A DNA stretch of 64,000 bases, from contig NC_092346.1 in assembly GCF_963676685.1 (NCBI RefSeq), positions 68,820,001-68,884,000 on the forward strand. The letters are read 5' to 3'. The DNA is from Mytilus edulis (taxonomy: Eukaryota). The notes beneath the pieces were generated by a model, which saw only the letters and a program-made list of their open reading frames with translations, was not told where the DNA came from and searched no databases. This document shows, piece by piece, positions 31,013 through 45,297 of the stretch (positions are counted from its first letter, which is position 1; each line of letters starts with the position of its first letter). The position numbers and the translations under genes were made by a program.

Positions 31013-31560
31013 TATTAAGGCAACAGTAGTATACTGCTTTTCGAAATTCATAAATCGATTGAGAAAAAAACAAATCCGGGTTACAAAAAGAAACTGAGGG
31101 AAACACATCAAATATAAGAGGAGAACTATGACAGAACAGAAACACAACACTAAAATTTAACACACACTGACACGAACTATAATATAACAATGTCCAGTTT
31201 CCTGACTTGGTACACGACATTTTTAGAGAAAAAAAATGGTGGATTGGACCTGGTTTTGGGGTTAGCCAAACCTCCCTCTTTTATAGTAATGTTAAATATA
31301 ACATTAAAATGACAACATTACATTACAGGACTACAATACAAGTAATTTGGAGAACATATAGGACAGAGTAACACACAAATAATAGCTATCAAAAGGTACC
31401 AGGTTTATGATTTAATACGCCAGACGTGCGTTTTGTCTACACAAGGCTAATCAGTTACGCTCAGATAAAAATAGTTCGAAAGCCAAATCAAGAACAAATT
31501 TGAAGAGCATTGAGGACCGAAAGTTCCAAAAAGTTGTGCCTAATACGCATAAGGTTTTCT
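31013..31560 (-). mobile_element. Interspersed repeat (AAGGCAACAGTAGTATAC family) joined to a degenerate hammerhead retrozyme unit
   Basis: Homologous to ~11024-11290 and ~9366-9577; continues into ACGCCAGACGTGCGTTTTGTCTACACAAGGCTAATCAG, a mutated hammerhead. Confidence 0.6.
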
Positions 31561-32255
31561 TTTACTAAATTTTACCATAGATACAAATAATGTGTTTCAA
31601 ATTTTGAATGTGCCTGTAAACTTCTATTACAAACGGGATATTACCTCCCATTTTTTACAGTGATGTTGTTTATAAATACTTAAAGTTTAAAAACGATTAT
31701 CTAAACTCGTTGATCAGATAAATAAAGTGAGTCTTTAAGAATGCAAATAAAACATCGTAGTTAGAGCTTTTGATATTGGTTTTATCGGTACAAAGGTTAT
31801 CGGTTAAAAGGTTAGATTAAAACTACATATTTATAACTGCACATTTATAATGAAAAGTTATCGCACCTTGGGTAAATAAGTGACAATGTAATTGGTTTAA
31901 CGACGCTACATTGTGACCTTCGTATCGATTCAAAGGGGTCATTAGTTTTCTTGTTTGATTTTTTTTACATTTGTCATTCTGTGTCCTTTTACAACTAACT
32001 ATGCAGTATTGGTTTTGCTCTTTGTTTAAGGATAAATGAAGGAAAGAAAACGAATAAAATGCAGTTGTGTCTGTTGACTGCCTATATTGGTCTATATTTT
32101 CACGATTATTACCTAGTATTTAAACTTAAAAAAAAAATGATTTTTACGAACTATAAATAAACTGATCGTATGTTAACCTAACCTATGAAGGAAGTATCGA
32201 CATCACAAAAACACGTCGGAAGATATACATGCATGAAGTCATTTGCTTAACAACA

Positions 32256-32986
32256 ATGGGGATATTTGTGTCGAAGTTTAATAATTTTTCATTGTATTTG
32301 TTCCATGGTAAAGAACCTTTAAAGGTTATGGTGCTTGGTTTAGATGCGGCAGGTAGGTGTATTTGTTTAAATAAAATTGTAACTGTAGAAACGACAACTG
32401 TATGTCCTTTTAAAAGATGATATATGTTATGTTAATATGTTATGTTTAAGTCTCCTTTTAGTAACTATATGCTAAACTGTTTTCTGAAAAAATGACAAAC
32501 GCCGCAAATGGATATAAATGGATGTTTTTCAGCTCATGTTAAACAGTGGGATTCAAACTCCAAAGCTGCAACCATGTTTTACCAAATCTTTAATTTATTT
32601 GTTGCCTGTTAATTTCTTTGTTTGTATGATGAAATAATTCATCTTTGTATTAAACATATAGATATGGATGTACATATACATAAATGAGTTACAAGACGTA
32701 TATACGTGTATATTTGAATATACACACAATTTGTAAGTTTAAAATTTTAACAACATTTGTACGGAAATTGTTGCATTTTACTTTATTTACTTTCCAAGTT
32801 TATAATTATTTTGCTCTGTTTTTAAACATATTTTTATTTCCAAGGAAAAACTAGATTGTTATACAAGTTTAAAAACGTGGATCACAAGACTACATTACCC
32901 ACAATTGGATTTAATGTTGAAACTATCAACGCATCTAAAGATGTTAAATTTTCTTCTCTGGAAGCATTATTGTATTAACGTTTCAG
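32256..32986 (+). pseudogene. Truncated ARF/ARL pseudogene E (exons 32256-32352, 32845-32986)
   Basis: MGIFVSK...GLDAAG|KTRLLYK...[11 protein letters not shown]; exon 2 is 142 nt, a 35-nt deletion removing WDVGGQ and shifting frame before LWKHY; no exon 3/4 seen downstream. Confidence 0.82.
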
Positions 32987-35900
32987 GTTTGACATATGTA
33001 TGAGAAAAATTTTCAACATACTTGAACATAGTAACATATCAAAAAATGAGAGACGGGACACATCAAAGGGGTATTCAACTTATAGGTCGAAAACAAACTG
33101 ACAAGTTATAGCAAAAAAAACGAAAGATGTCGAAAAGACACACAACAGTAAACAATACACAGCCTTGAAAATTAAAAAACACCACAAAAAACTGGGGTTA
33201 CCTTAGGTGCTCCGGAATTAATGCAGATCCTGTTCATCATGTGACAACCGCTGTTGAGGTCAAATATATAACTAAAATTGTCAAATATGATAGATTAGGC
33301 AAAATTTAGAGGAGAAAAAGGTTACATACCACATGATTTGAACATAATTAAACACCACGTATTCTGTTCAACTCTAAAACTGCAAACTTATTTAGACAGT
33401 GAAGTAAGAAATCAGATTTATGTTTATATATTTATTTAACAAGAATTGCATATTTGAAAATGAGATTTTAAAATAATAATTTAGAATTGTGTTTTAAAAT
33501 TTTACCAGTATGGCGCCATTACCTTCATTTATAGTAAAAACAAAACTATAGTTCAAACAATCGGGGAAATCAAATACAAGAATTACAGATTAAGATTTAT
33601 GGATCGAAGCTGCGAACAATAAATCTTCGCGATTTTCGAAGCGAGAACGTTTTGGATCACATTTTAAATTTGATGGGTATACTAAATTAAACGGTAAGTT
33701 GATCATCTGTACATTGCTTAATGATTAATTCAGCCGACATCGATACTCGCAAATGGTTTAGAATTAAATTCCGCACATTCATTATTCGTATCTTTGCCTT
33801 AAGAGATTTTCAAGTGCATCACTAAGAAAAATCAGTCGGCGAACCTAAAACCAACATTTTTACCCTCTTAGTGTACAAATTAACGTAAAAACCAGACTTA
33901 ATTAACTAAATGAAGTATATTTCAAGTGGTGGTAAAAGTTTCAACCAGATCTTTGAAGCCAGAAATAAGAAAATTACACTTGTTTGAATTTCTCACTGTA
34001 CGATCAGTCTCGCTTGTATATTTTAAAACTGTATGATCAGTCTTTATGTCACTGTATTCTAGTGGTGATTTCAAAAAGTTATTTACGTTACATTAGAAGG
34101 TGGTAATTTTCTAAATAACACAAATATATTTCAATACATTCACATCCTGAAAACTTATGAAACATGTTTTAGCTTGATAGGGTGTGCTCGACTTACTACA
34201 TTAAGTAAGGATTTTTAAATGTTGCTAAAATAAGAGGAAGGTTTGTTGTATATATAAGTTTCAGAAATGTCCTCCGTTATAATTAAAACTGTACAAACAC
34301 ACAGTTTAATTGTTATGTAAAAATGCATGTATTTAACATATTTGAGGCTGTTCTGTAGCCTATAATTGATTACAGTTCCTTTACTTTGTTTAAGATGTAG
34401 AACTGTCTCTTTGACACTCAATTGTAGTTATAGTGATAAAGAAGTCCGTCTTTCCGTTCGTCCGTTGGACCGGTATATGTTTCGCCGGTTTTGTTAGCGC
34501 ATCTCCTCATAAACCACTTAATATACATTGGGGGTTCCGGCCATTTTTAAATGGAGAGGGGGTCCAATCCAGGAGAAAAGGAGATTCCAAATATATGTTA
34601 CCATACAAATGCATTGATAGTTAAAAAGGGTTTCAAACAGCCGGATCCCCTTTTTTTAATCCATCACTGATATAACTATTAATTAATCTTATTCGGATTC
34701 CTTATCATAAATGATAATGACTGTATTGTGCACCGTCTATTTCGAATTTTAGTAAAAAATCTTTTAAGGGGTTACTTTATATAAGATACGGACTTGAACA
34801 TTGCATTATATGGGGGCATCCATCAGGTATTTCCAACACCTCCTAAACCAATCATTAAAGTTTTCTGAAATTGCTCCATTGTTACTCGATTAATGCATTA
34901 TGGACCTTCTATTTCTGTAAACTTACCAAAATTATATCACATGAATTATCCCCCTACGCAAAGCTGTCTTTATCCATTTTTTATTATTTTAAAAGAGACA
35001 AGCTTGATTTATGTTATCATCAATTGGTCAACAAAAAATGTAATAGCTAAACAGATAACTGTAACGATACGATATTACAAAGTCCACAAGCGAATCATGT
35101 ATTACTTTTTAGGCATTTAATTTTAAATAAGACTGATGGAACAAAAATACAATTATTTTGCCGTCTAAAAAAATCATCAGAAATATATTTGTATTGTCTG
35201 ATGAAAGTAATTACACGTTATAGTTCCCTGGATAGTTCATAATATCACATATACACGTATGTACCTTCAAATTGCTGTTGTTTTTTTCTTCAAAATCACG
35301 ACTGGTCATACAGTCAAAAAATCTTAAATCGCTTCTAGAATACAGTCAGTTCTAGACTGATCGTACAGTAATTTATTTTGGGATCCTCAAGGAAAAAATA
35401 TTTTTTAATGGGAAATACGAATATTCTACTTAAATACGAAAAGAATATTGAAACAGTATATATTTAACTGTAAACTGATGCAAATATTTGCAATAAAAGA
35501 TTATTTGCTTTGTACTACGAGAGCAAAATTGTCCATCGATTTCACTTTTTTCTGCCAAGTTGATGTGATGCACACGTATATTTTATATTCTAATGCATGT
35601 TTTTGTTACAGTTACTCATATTTATGATGCTATATATACCTTGAAGATGTTCAAAGCACTTTGTAGATATAGGAGTAAACAAACGATGAGAAAAGTTACC
35701 GTAGGCAAGACCGTCGTGTTAGCCAGTTTGGAAATCATCGCTTCGAAAATCGCGACTTCCGGATAGCGTACAGAATAGTATCTACACTGTGACATATAAA
35801 TCCATGACATATAACATTGTTTCTCATTCGCATCTTTTCTTTTTCCTCGGTTAATACCTCCAACGCCTGTACGTATGTAATAAACATAGCAGCAACTGAC

Positions 35901-36921
35901 AATTTACCAATGTGACCAACTTCAATTCGACGCAACTGCGAGCACCTTCGATAATATTACATTTAAATGCCAAACTTTATATAGTACCATTAAATCCCAC
36001 CCGTAGAAACCGCCAAAACTTTCCTCGTGCATTATACACCCGACATCAAACTCTATAAATAGTACATACTGTTGCAGAACTAGTTATACTAGTTCCCATC
36101 TATAAATAATTACCACTAATAGCAAACGGAAAAACACCAATTTCAAACGAAATAAAATATATTTATATATTACTAATACTATATAGTATATGCCCTTTAC
36201 CCCTGGACACAATGTTTAAATATGAATCGTTGGTCTAGATAATAAAGATAAAAAAAAAATATCGTTGGTCTAGATGCTACAGGTCGTGAGTTCTAATCAC
36301 AGCATAGACACTGGATATTTTCTACATTTCTACATGATTTCGATAATTACTCTTATCCTGATAAATAAGTCGACATTGTATTCTGGATTTGACATTCCCG
36401 CCAAAATGATACAGAACAAAAGTAAGCATGCAAAACAAAGAAAATCGCCTCTGGAAGAAACAAAGGAGGTCAGGAATGTAATGTAATGAACACTGCATGT
36501 TCCAAGAGGAGGGAACTGAGGCTAGTTGATTGATTTCTCGAACATGAAAGGCGGGTGGGATTCAATATTGAGTTTTTAAAAAATGTTCTTGTATGTTATC
36601 GGAAAACAAATCGTTGTTGTTTTTTTTATTTATTACACATTGATTTTTATTAATGGGAACGTAATTGAGTTTAGTATAAGTGAGGAGTACACATACACCA
36701 CATCGAGTTTAGCTACAGATAAAAAAAACTAGAGGCTCTTAAGAGCCTGTGTCGCTCACCTTGGTCTAACTGCATATTAAACAAAGGACACAGATGGATT
36801 CATGATAAAAATTATGTTTTGGTGATGTTGATGTGTTTGTAGATCTTGTAATGAACTTGGGCCTTTAGTTACAGACGAAAATATTTTGTAAAAACTTTTA
36901 CCAAATTAATGAAAATTGTTA

Positions 36922-38970
36922 TGCCCGCGTCACACTGTCCCGATTTTTACGCCGATGGCAACACGATAATGGAAATTTTCAAAATCGGGACTGATCGTAT
37001 CCAGATCGGGCTATTCGTAGTGCCATCTTTAACCATCGTAGAACCATCGGCCACTTTTTCTAGGCTTCGGGGACAACTTCGCGAAGGGTTCTAATTTTTT
37101 TAACATGTTAAAAAATCCCCGAAGGTGCGTCCGATGTTGAGGGTTCGTATTGAGTTCGTATCACCATCCTTACCATCGTAATGTCACCGGGAATGCATCT
37201 TTGCACATCGTATTGCATTCGTGTTTCCATCGTTTCCATCGGGCAGTTTTGACATTACGATGTCTACACGAATGAATCACGAAGAATCCCGAAGGTCTTA
37301 CGATGGCAACACGACTTCGTGAAGACCTCGTAATCCCGTCGTGTTGGCATCGAATAAAAGTACGAAGGCGACAAGATGGAACTACGACGATAATAAATCC
37401 AACTAAATGTAAGTTAATTTTCGCGCTAAAATACATTTAAAGTGTCATGCGTGATATGCACTGGTCAGTCTAATACGACAGTTAAGAAAGACGTTCACAA
37501 AACATGGAGCTCATATCATATGATTCTATGAGAACAAGAATGGCGACAGCGTTGTTTCTATTAATTCAAATACAAAGAGCAGCTATTACAGGCTCAGGAT
37601 TTACTTTTACAAGTAAAATATTATTTTTTGTCAATTTTTTATATCAAGTAACATAATGAAAATCATAAACGCGCCTCGTACACCAACACTGCAGGTACAC
37701 GTATACAGGGAAACCAACTTTTTCTCCATTATTCTGATTTTTTATGTATCGTCTGAGTTGTTGTCACACGAATGTTTACTCCATTTTGTTTTCTATATGT
37801 CATATTTTGCCGCATTTGTTGCTTTTCCCACATCCTTCCTTTTGTCTATATTATTATGATATTCTCCTGCAAAGAGCTCTTTTGAATAAAAGGGATCAAC
37901 GAACCCATTACCTTACCTTTAAGATAGATCAGTAAACATGGGCATAATTATGGGTGATTATTTAGACTAGTGCACTCATTTTACAGTTCAAACAAGGCAA
38001 TGCCGAGCGTGGCATCCCCTCGTATGTAACATATTAGGGACAAAAATGGACACTATATTTGTATATGACACATGCAGAAAATGTTAAATTGAATATGCAT
38101 ATTTGATAAATAAACTATTTTTTTAGAAATCAACCAAAACATTCAGTAACTGGAAATACCTTTAATATTGTCTTTAAAACCAGCAGGTAAAAAAATGAGC
38201 AACCAATCTCCTGTGTGTTATGCTATTTCAAGGAGAAAAAACAAGTCAATCTGCATGACCTTGACCTTTGGCCTTGAACGTAAAAAATGTCAGATCATTA
38301 CAAGGAGGAACAATATACCAAATTTGGTTAAAATCTTTTGAAGCATATTGGTTTTAGAGTGTCCACAAGGGTGATATTGCCTTGTATTACAACTGCCACT
38401 GTGACCTTGACCTTTGAACTTTAAAGTCAATAGCGCTTAAGATATTCTTAACGAGTAACACCATACCAAGTTTTGAGCATTTTGGTTCTAGAGTGTCCAT
38501 AACAATTTTATCTACACGTAACTTACATGTAGTAGGCGAGGGGATAATAAACTCAGTTTTATACGAATGAGACAAAAAGATCGATTTCCCGCCATGCATG
38601 GCAGACTTGTACAGAAACGATATGTTGTCGAAATTCTGTTCGTATCTTTTAGACATCGTATGGCCATCGCGCCATCATCGTAATCCACCGTGTAGCCTTC
38701 GTAATCCATCGTGTAGCCTTCGTGATCCATCGTGTAGGTTTCGGCTGAGATATGAAGCTTTAATACCCGTCTTCGGTTAACCTTCGTATGTCCATCTTTT
38801 GCTATCGTATATAATTTTGGCACCATCGTATAGACTTCGTTATTCGTCGTACTTGCTTCGGTCAATTTTTGGTATTTTAACGAGATCGGGACCAACTTCG
38901 TACGAACTTACAATTTTCGCATTCGGGTGTCCATCGTATATATAAAAATCGGGACAGTGTGACGCGGGCA
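36922..38970. mobile_element. PIF/Harbinger-like non-autonomous element
   Basis: TTA-TGCCCGCGTCACACTGTCCCGATTTTTA ... TAAAAATCGGGACAGTGTGACGCGGGCA-TTA: perfect 28-bp TIR, 3-bp TTA TSD, many CCATCGT motifs. Confidence 0.85.
37990..38550. mobile_element. Small HINE-like element nested in the Harbinger-like element
   Basis: AACAAGGCAATGCC..GGCATCCCCTCG start, CGAGGGATAA end (short inverted match), internal TGACCTTGACCTTT repeats. Confidence 0.5.
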
Positions 38971-41303
38971 TTAAGCATTGACTATAAACGGCAATAACTC
39001 CTGAAGGAGTCAACTGACCATTTTGGTCATGTTGCCTTATTTGTAGATCTTACTTTGTTAAATATTATTGCTGTTCACAGTTTATCTCTATCTATAATAG
39101 TATTCAAGATAATAACTCAAAACAGCAAAATTGTGGGGCAGCAACACAACAACAAGTTATCCAATTCATCTGAAAATTTCTGGGCAGATAGATATTGACT
39201 TGATAATCAATTTATCCCCGTAAGGTTTGCTCTAAATGCTTTGGTTTCAGAGTAATTAGCCAAAATCTACATTTTACCCCTATGTTCTATTTTTAGCCAT
39301 GGCGGCCATCTTGGTTTGTTGGCCGGGTCACCGCACACATTTTTTTTTAACTACATACCCTAATAAAGATTGTGGCTAAGTTTGGTTAAATTTGGCCCAG
39401 TAGTTTCAGAGGAGAAGATTTTTGTAGAAGGTTACAAAAATTTACGAAAATTGATAAAAAATTGCTATAAAGGACAATAACTCCTTAAGGGGTCAACTGA
39501 CCATTTTGGTCATGCTGACTTATTTGTAGATCTGACTTTGCTGAGCATTATTGCTGCTTACAGTTTATCTCTATCTATGATAATGAGCTAACTTGGTAGT
39601 TGTTGCGGTTACCCAAGCCATGATTAATTTATACCTTGTATTTATCGGCTAGCCGCTACCTTATAAAACAAATGCTAAAGAGAGATGCTAGTATATTATT
39701 GTAATTGCAGCGTTATATACGTTTATTGTTTCGTTATGTTTCTGTTTTGATTATTTTACTATTTAATTTGTATCATCTTATCTTATTGAACTGCGAATTG
39801 AAATAAAATTTATACCTAGACCAAATACATAGAAAAGATTTGTACAAAACACGATTTAACATCCCAATGAATAGAGTAAAACATTGATTATGAAATTGTA
39901 GTTATTATATTTGATGCTAAAGGCCGTCTCGGAATTTGTTAAGTGCCAATTCAATAGAGCATGATACTAGTAGTGTTAAACCTTCATGTACTAACTGTTA
40001 AGATACTGAAGTGTAATTTCAACAGAGCATGCTACTAGTTGTAACTGTACAGATACAGTACAATCTCAATTGAGCATGCTATTAGTAGAGTAGAGCATGA
40101 CAATAGCAGTGGGAAACCTTCCAGTTACTGTTAGATAAAGTGAAAGTTCAATATAGAACATGGCACTAGCAGTGTAAAACCTTCCTCGTTTTTGGTGGGG
40201 TTCGTGTTTTTTTTCTTCAGTTTTCTATGTTGTGTCATATGTGCTATTGTTTGTCTTTTGACGCTCATATCAAAATAGTTACAAAGCCAAACTACTAAAA
40301 AGTTTAAGAGCACTGAGGATCCAAAATTCCAAAAAATTGTGTCAAATACGGCTAGGTAATCTATTCCTGGGACAAGAACATCCTTAGTTTTTCGGAAAAT
40401 TCCAAGTTTCAATAACTGTTCATATAAAGAGTAAGTTCAATAGTGCATGATACTAGTAGTAAAATAAACTTCCAAAAATAGAGCATGACAACAGTAGTGT
40501 AAAAAGTAAAATCACAGAAATACTGAACTCAAAACGAAAAGTCCCTAATCAAATGTCTAAATCAAAAGTTCAAACACATCATACGGAACAACTGTCTGGT
40601 CATATTCCTGACTTGGTACAGGCATTTTATTTTGTAGAAAATGGTGATTAAACCTGGTTTTATATCTAGATTAACCTCTCACTTGTATGACAGTCGTATG
40701 AAATTCAACTATATTGACAACGATGAGTGAACAAAACAAACTGACGTAATAGGTAAAAATGTCAAAAATAGGGGTACAGCAGTCAACGTTGGGTTATTAT
40801 CTTAATCAATTTAACAGTAGCTGTACATTTGAGTACTATTCATTAATTAGTGTTGTCTAGAAAGATACGACGATCTTGTATAATATATACAACTTTATAT
40901 ACTCCGTAACAAAAGTTTAGTAAACCTTCTACTGCAGTAGTTAGTAAGGTCCGTTGACGTCGTTTTATTTTGTTCTCAATAAAAGTAAGTGTAATTTATA
41001 ACCGTATTATTTATTTGCTTGCTATCTTCTTTTTAAAATAATGCTAACAGGCAACAGCTGAGAAGCAAACTAATAACAGCTGGAATATGTCCGTGTATAA
41101 AACTAAATAGAATCTAAAAGTACAATAACTAACACAAACACGTATTGTATTTGATCGATTTCTCTATTCTCTAAACGTATAAATGGTAGGAAGTGGTCCC
41201 GTCATAATTTGGGAAACATGGAAGTTGACATCCGGCATTGATGACAGAATACAATCACGTAGATTAATAATCATGATATAATTTTCAATTAAATATTCAC
41301 AAT

Positions 41304-44281
41304 ATGGGAATGTGCTTATCAAAATGGAGCAAATTTTGGCAACAATTAACAAGTGGTCCGATACCATTGACGATTGTTCTGCTAGGTCTAACCTCAACAG
41401 GTAATTATAAATAATAATTATTGGAAGAATACTTATTTGGCGTCTCAATTTAAGTAAAATAAGAGAACTATTTGTTTGCACAGCAATAGCATCAAAAGAG
41501 GGACGAAAGATACCAAAGGGACAGTCAAACTCATAAATCTAAAACAAACTGACAACACCATGGCTAAAAATGAAAAAGACAAACAGAAAAACAATAACAC
41601 AGCACAATAATTGTTCAAAGTAGAAACCTTGTTGTCAAGTTTGCACCAGCTTACATTAAATATAATAAAGTTACAACAAAAATTTCCGATATTTAGCCAT
41701 TTGATTTATATAACTTATTTCTAATTATTATTATCTGACCTTACCAACGATGTTTCTAATATTTGTAGGGAAAACTACGTTATTATATAAGCTTCAAAAT
41801 AATACTTCTGAGACATTACCTACTATTGGGTTTAACATAGAGACAGTTAATACATTCAGAGGCATATATTTAACAATCTTAGATGTTGGTTGTGGGGATA
41901 AAATCAGACACGAGTGGAAGCGTTATTTCGTAGATGCATCAGGTTAGACATATAACTACTGTATCCAATATCTATTTTCTACATTCGAATACACTCAGGC
42001 ATGATGTTATAATACAAAATTAAAAAGAAAAAATAAGCTTCTTCAATAAAATTGAGAATGGAAATGAGAAATGTGCCAAAGAGAAAAAAAGACTAAAGAT
42101 CAGTCCGAAAGCCACCAATGGGTCTTCAAAACAGCGAAAAAATCCCTAACCCGGAGGCGGGTTTCAGCTGGCCCATAAACAAAAGTATGTACTAGTTCAA
42201 TGAAAATAAACTCCAAATCTCATAAATGAAACAAACAAGACTAACAATTGCCAGAGACTTCTGACTTGGGACAGGTGCAATATTGCGGCGGGGTTAAATA
42301 TGTTTTGTGAGATCTCAACCCCCTTTACCTCTAGCCAATATAGAATGAACAAACACACAGTAATACGTATATAGTAAAACTCATGTTAAGAGAAGTCTCA
42401 GTCCGATGTCCGAATATGTAACAAAAGAAACTAAGCAAATTATAAAAATACAAAAATTATCAAGGGACTGCTTGCTGCTCCAAACTTCAATTAAACAGAT
42501 TGAAAGAGTCTGTCTTCATCATATGAAAATAAAGCACAGTCTCTCTCGTTAGGGGTTTAGTATCATAGTATCATGAAATATATGAGAAGAACGTAACCCG
42601 TATCAAGCCAACAACTGGTTTTAGAATAAACGTGTTTAATTCCAATGCAAAGATACTTCGAAACATGGTTTGATACAGATTCCTGCTCAACATGCAAACG
42701 ATATTAAACTAAACGAATTCTAATGATTTTACCAAAACAATCGTTCTTCAGCTTTTAGTCTCTGTGTGCACCCATATTTATCGGGTTTCGTGATCTGTGA
42801 ATTTATATTGTTATGTTAGTTGAAATATTGTATTGTTGATGAAAACAATTGAAAGAATTTCAATGATCCGAAAGTCTGATATAAAAATGTGATTAGGCAT
42901 TATAATTAGATAAGAGACAACAAATTAAAAGTATTTCATGAGATATTTTTTTTAATCAATAAAATCCGAAGAACAATTGATGATTGTTGCTATTTTTTTA
43001 AAACGTTTTTTTTAAGACACTTCAATCTAGATGTGCATGGCCAAATGTATTCGTCAACCGTTTTTGCAAGCCTCTGTGCAATGATTATGTGCAAACTCTG
43101 CTTCTATTGATACCAAGTTGAAGTTGATTAAAATCTGATCAGAAATTACCACCAAAATTTTTTTTTGAAAAGTTTTATATGACAAGTCAGTGACGGACAT
43201 TAGTTTTATTGCCATGCACTAAACATGCAAATATGTTAAAACCTTAATGCTAACATATAACAGTTGATAGTGGGTTTTGAAGCGAATTCCTTATTTTAGG
43301 CAAAGAACAAGGTTTATTTTTACTTTTTTAGCCATGGCGTTGTCAGTTTACTTTCGATCTATGAGTTTGACTGTTTCTTTTGTATCTTTTGTCCCTCTTT
43401 TGTGGCCAAATATTGCCTTGAATTTCAACTTTATCGGTAAACCAATCTAAATGAAATATAAATCTATGATTGCGTTATTTTCATGCAGATATGTACGAGT
43501 TAATAAAGATATGAATTTTTAATTAGCTTGAGTGATTATTTAAGATGTCGATATATACCTAATTCGTTTATTTTGTTGTTAATATTGTGTGTATTCGTAA
43601 TTATTATTTGTATTGTTATGAATAAATAAATTTTTTAAAAAGAAAATTTTACAGGTATTTTATTTGTTGTTGATAGCAGCGATATAAAAAGATTGCATTC
43701 AGCTAAAGTAGCCCTCCATCGTTACATAGTGAACTGTAAGGAAGCACGAGGTATTCCTCTTGGGGTTATAGCTAATAAGCAGGACCTACCTAGTAAGTCA
43801 CCATTCTTAAAATAACAATAATGAATGAAAAAAATGTTGCCACTTTCATGGATCTAATGTCAAATAAAGCAGAGGGGTTATCTCAAAACATATGTTTTCT
43901 ATCCAAATGCACTTTCAATAATCTTTCGCATCTTGGGACAATAACTACAAAATCATTTGTTTTCTGTAAAATTATGATAATACTTGCAATCATTTTTGGT
44001 ATTTTGCTAAATAAATCTACCATGGATTTTCTCGTTGAATCTACAAATAAAATGTAGTTTAAATGCACGCAAAAATGAAAATGTTTTTAAAAAAAAAATC
44101 TTTTCTTTATTTAATAGATACTTTAACTCCTAAAGATCTGGCATCAGGCCTTGAATTATGTCTGATAGAGGACAGACAATGGTTCATACATGGTATGTGT
44201 GCCAAGACAGGCAGTGGAATAATAGAGAGCATCACTTTACTGATAGAAGCAATTAAAAGGACAAATATGATACGAACGTGA
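41304..44281 (+). CDS. Divergent ARF/ARL paralogue F (190 aa), exons 41304-41400, 41769-41942, 43655-43792, 44118-44281
   Basis: Spliced ORF open (573 nt): MGMCLSKWSKFW...GLTSTGKTT...PTIGFNIE...LDVGCGDKIR...NKQD...CAKTG. Confidence 0.88.
42046..42655 (-). mobile_element. Penelope-like (Naiad) 3' tail copy with degenerate SECIS (~42520-42584), intron 2 of ARF-F
   Basis: Collinear with 51677-52330; the SECIS 3' quartet TGAT is mutated to TTAT. Confidence 0.75.
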
Positions 44282-44474
44282 AAACGACTACAGCAAATTT
44301 TGACTGTCGATTTAAACATATCTGAATATTGTGTTTATGAAATGACGACAACATATTTTAGTGTTTTCAACTGGTCAGGACTCATAACATACTTGTCGAG
44401 TGTAAAAATAATAGCTGTGTATGAAATGTTTATACTTTGACATGTAACGAGTATTGGAAATGTCATTATATTAA

Positions 44475-44705
44475 GGATGTACACCTCTGAAGGAGCCAAA
44501 CATTTCTGGAATTAAACTTTTTTCTTAATCTGATTTTTTTACCGGATTGCTTACGAAAATTGAACATTTTATTACTCTAAAATTACTTATTGTAAGTGCA
44601 ATTTTTTCACATAGTTATATTTTATTATAACATTTTTAAAATTCATTGATATTTTTCTCTGGCATCACAATTTTTTAAAATAATTCCCGCCAGGAGAATA
44701 CATCC
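44475..44705. mobile_element. Short TTAA-flanked MITE (Kolobok/Crypton-like ends)
   Basis: TTAA-GGATGTA ... TACATCC-TTAA. Confidence 0.5.
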
Positions 44706-45297
44706 TTAACACAAAATAATATTGACATAACTGATTTCTTTTGAACATAAGTAAAAGATAGATATTTGATCAGGAGTTGAATAAAGTTGTAACTTTCTGA
44801 AATTAATTATCTCCAAATTATGGTTTGTTGGTAAAATATTTACAAAAATATAAGAAAGGATGAAAATTTTAAGGGGAAAATCAAAACCTTGTGGATTAAA
44901 AAAAAAATATAGAGACTACAATTAAAACAAGAAAAGCTTAGGACAAACATCACAAAGAAAAAGGGAGAGAAATTGAGTGTGCGAGAGAGAGAGAGAGAGA
45001 GAGATCGAATAACATGAATCCTATTAAAAATTATACATGACAAAAGAAACAGATATAAGCATCCTTGAGTAGTTTTTGTTCGTCGCAAGAATCTACACTA
45101 AGAAGAGTGAAAATCTATAAAACTATTCTTACAAGGCTGAGATGAAAATGAAATAATCAAAGAAACGCAAAGAGAAGAATGAAGAATATATTGATAATTT
45201 GCAATTTTTAATATATTTAAACAAATAAATTAATGACGTATTCTTTTTACAACAAAATTGAAAATAGAATTGAATGCCAAAAAAAATAATTTAAAAA

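Larger units (their letters stand above)
36728..39585. mobile_element. Helentron/HINE-like element with satellite-type internal repeats, host to nested insertions
   Basis: Terminal palindrome AGGCTCTTAAGAGCCT; repeated ATAACTCCT..AGG.GTCAACTGACCATTTTGGTCATG at ~38995 and ~39478. Confidence 0.5.

Noticed and set aside
35622-35935. Two short minus-strand ORFs as an exon or gene
   Set aside because: No motif or splice context that I could support.
38512-38895. 127-aa ORF with YTMDxEG repeats
   Set aside because: By-product of the 21-bp subterminal repeats of the Harbinger-like element.
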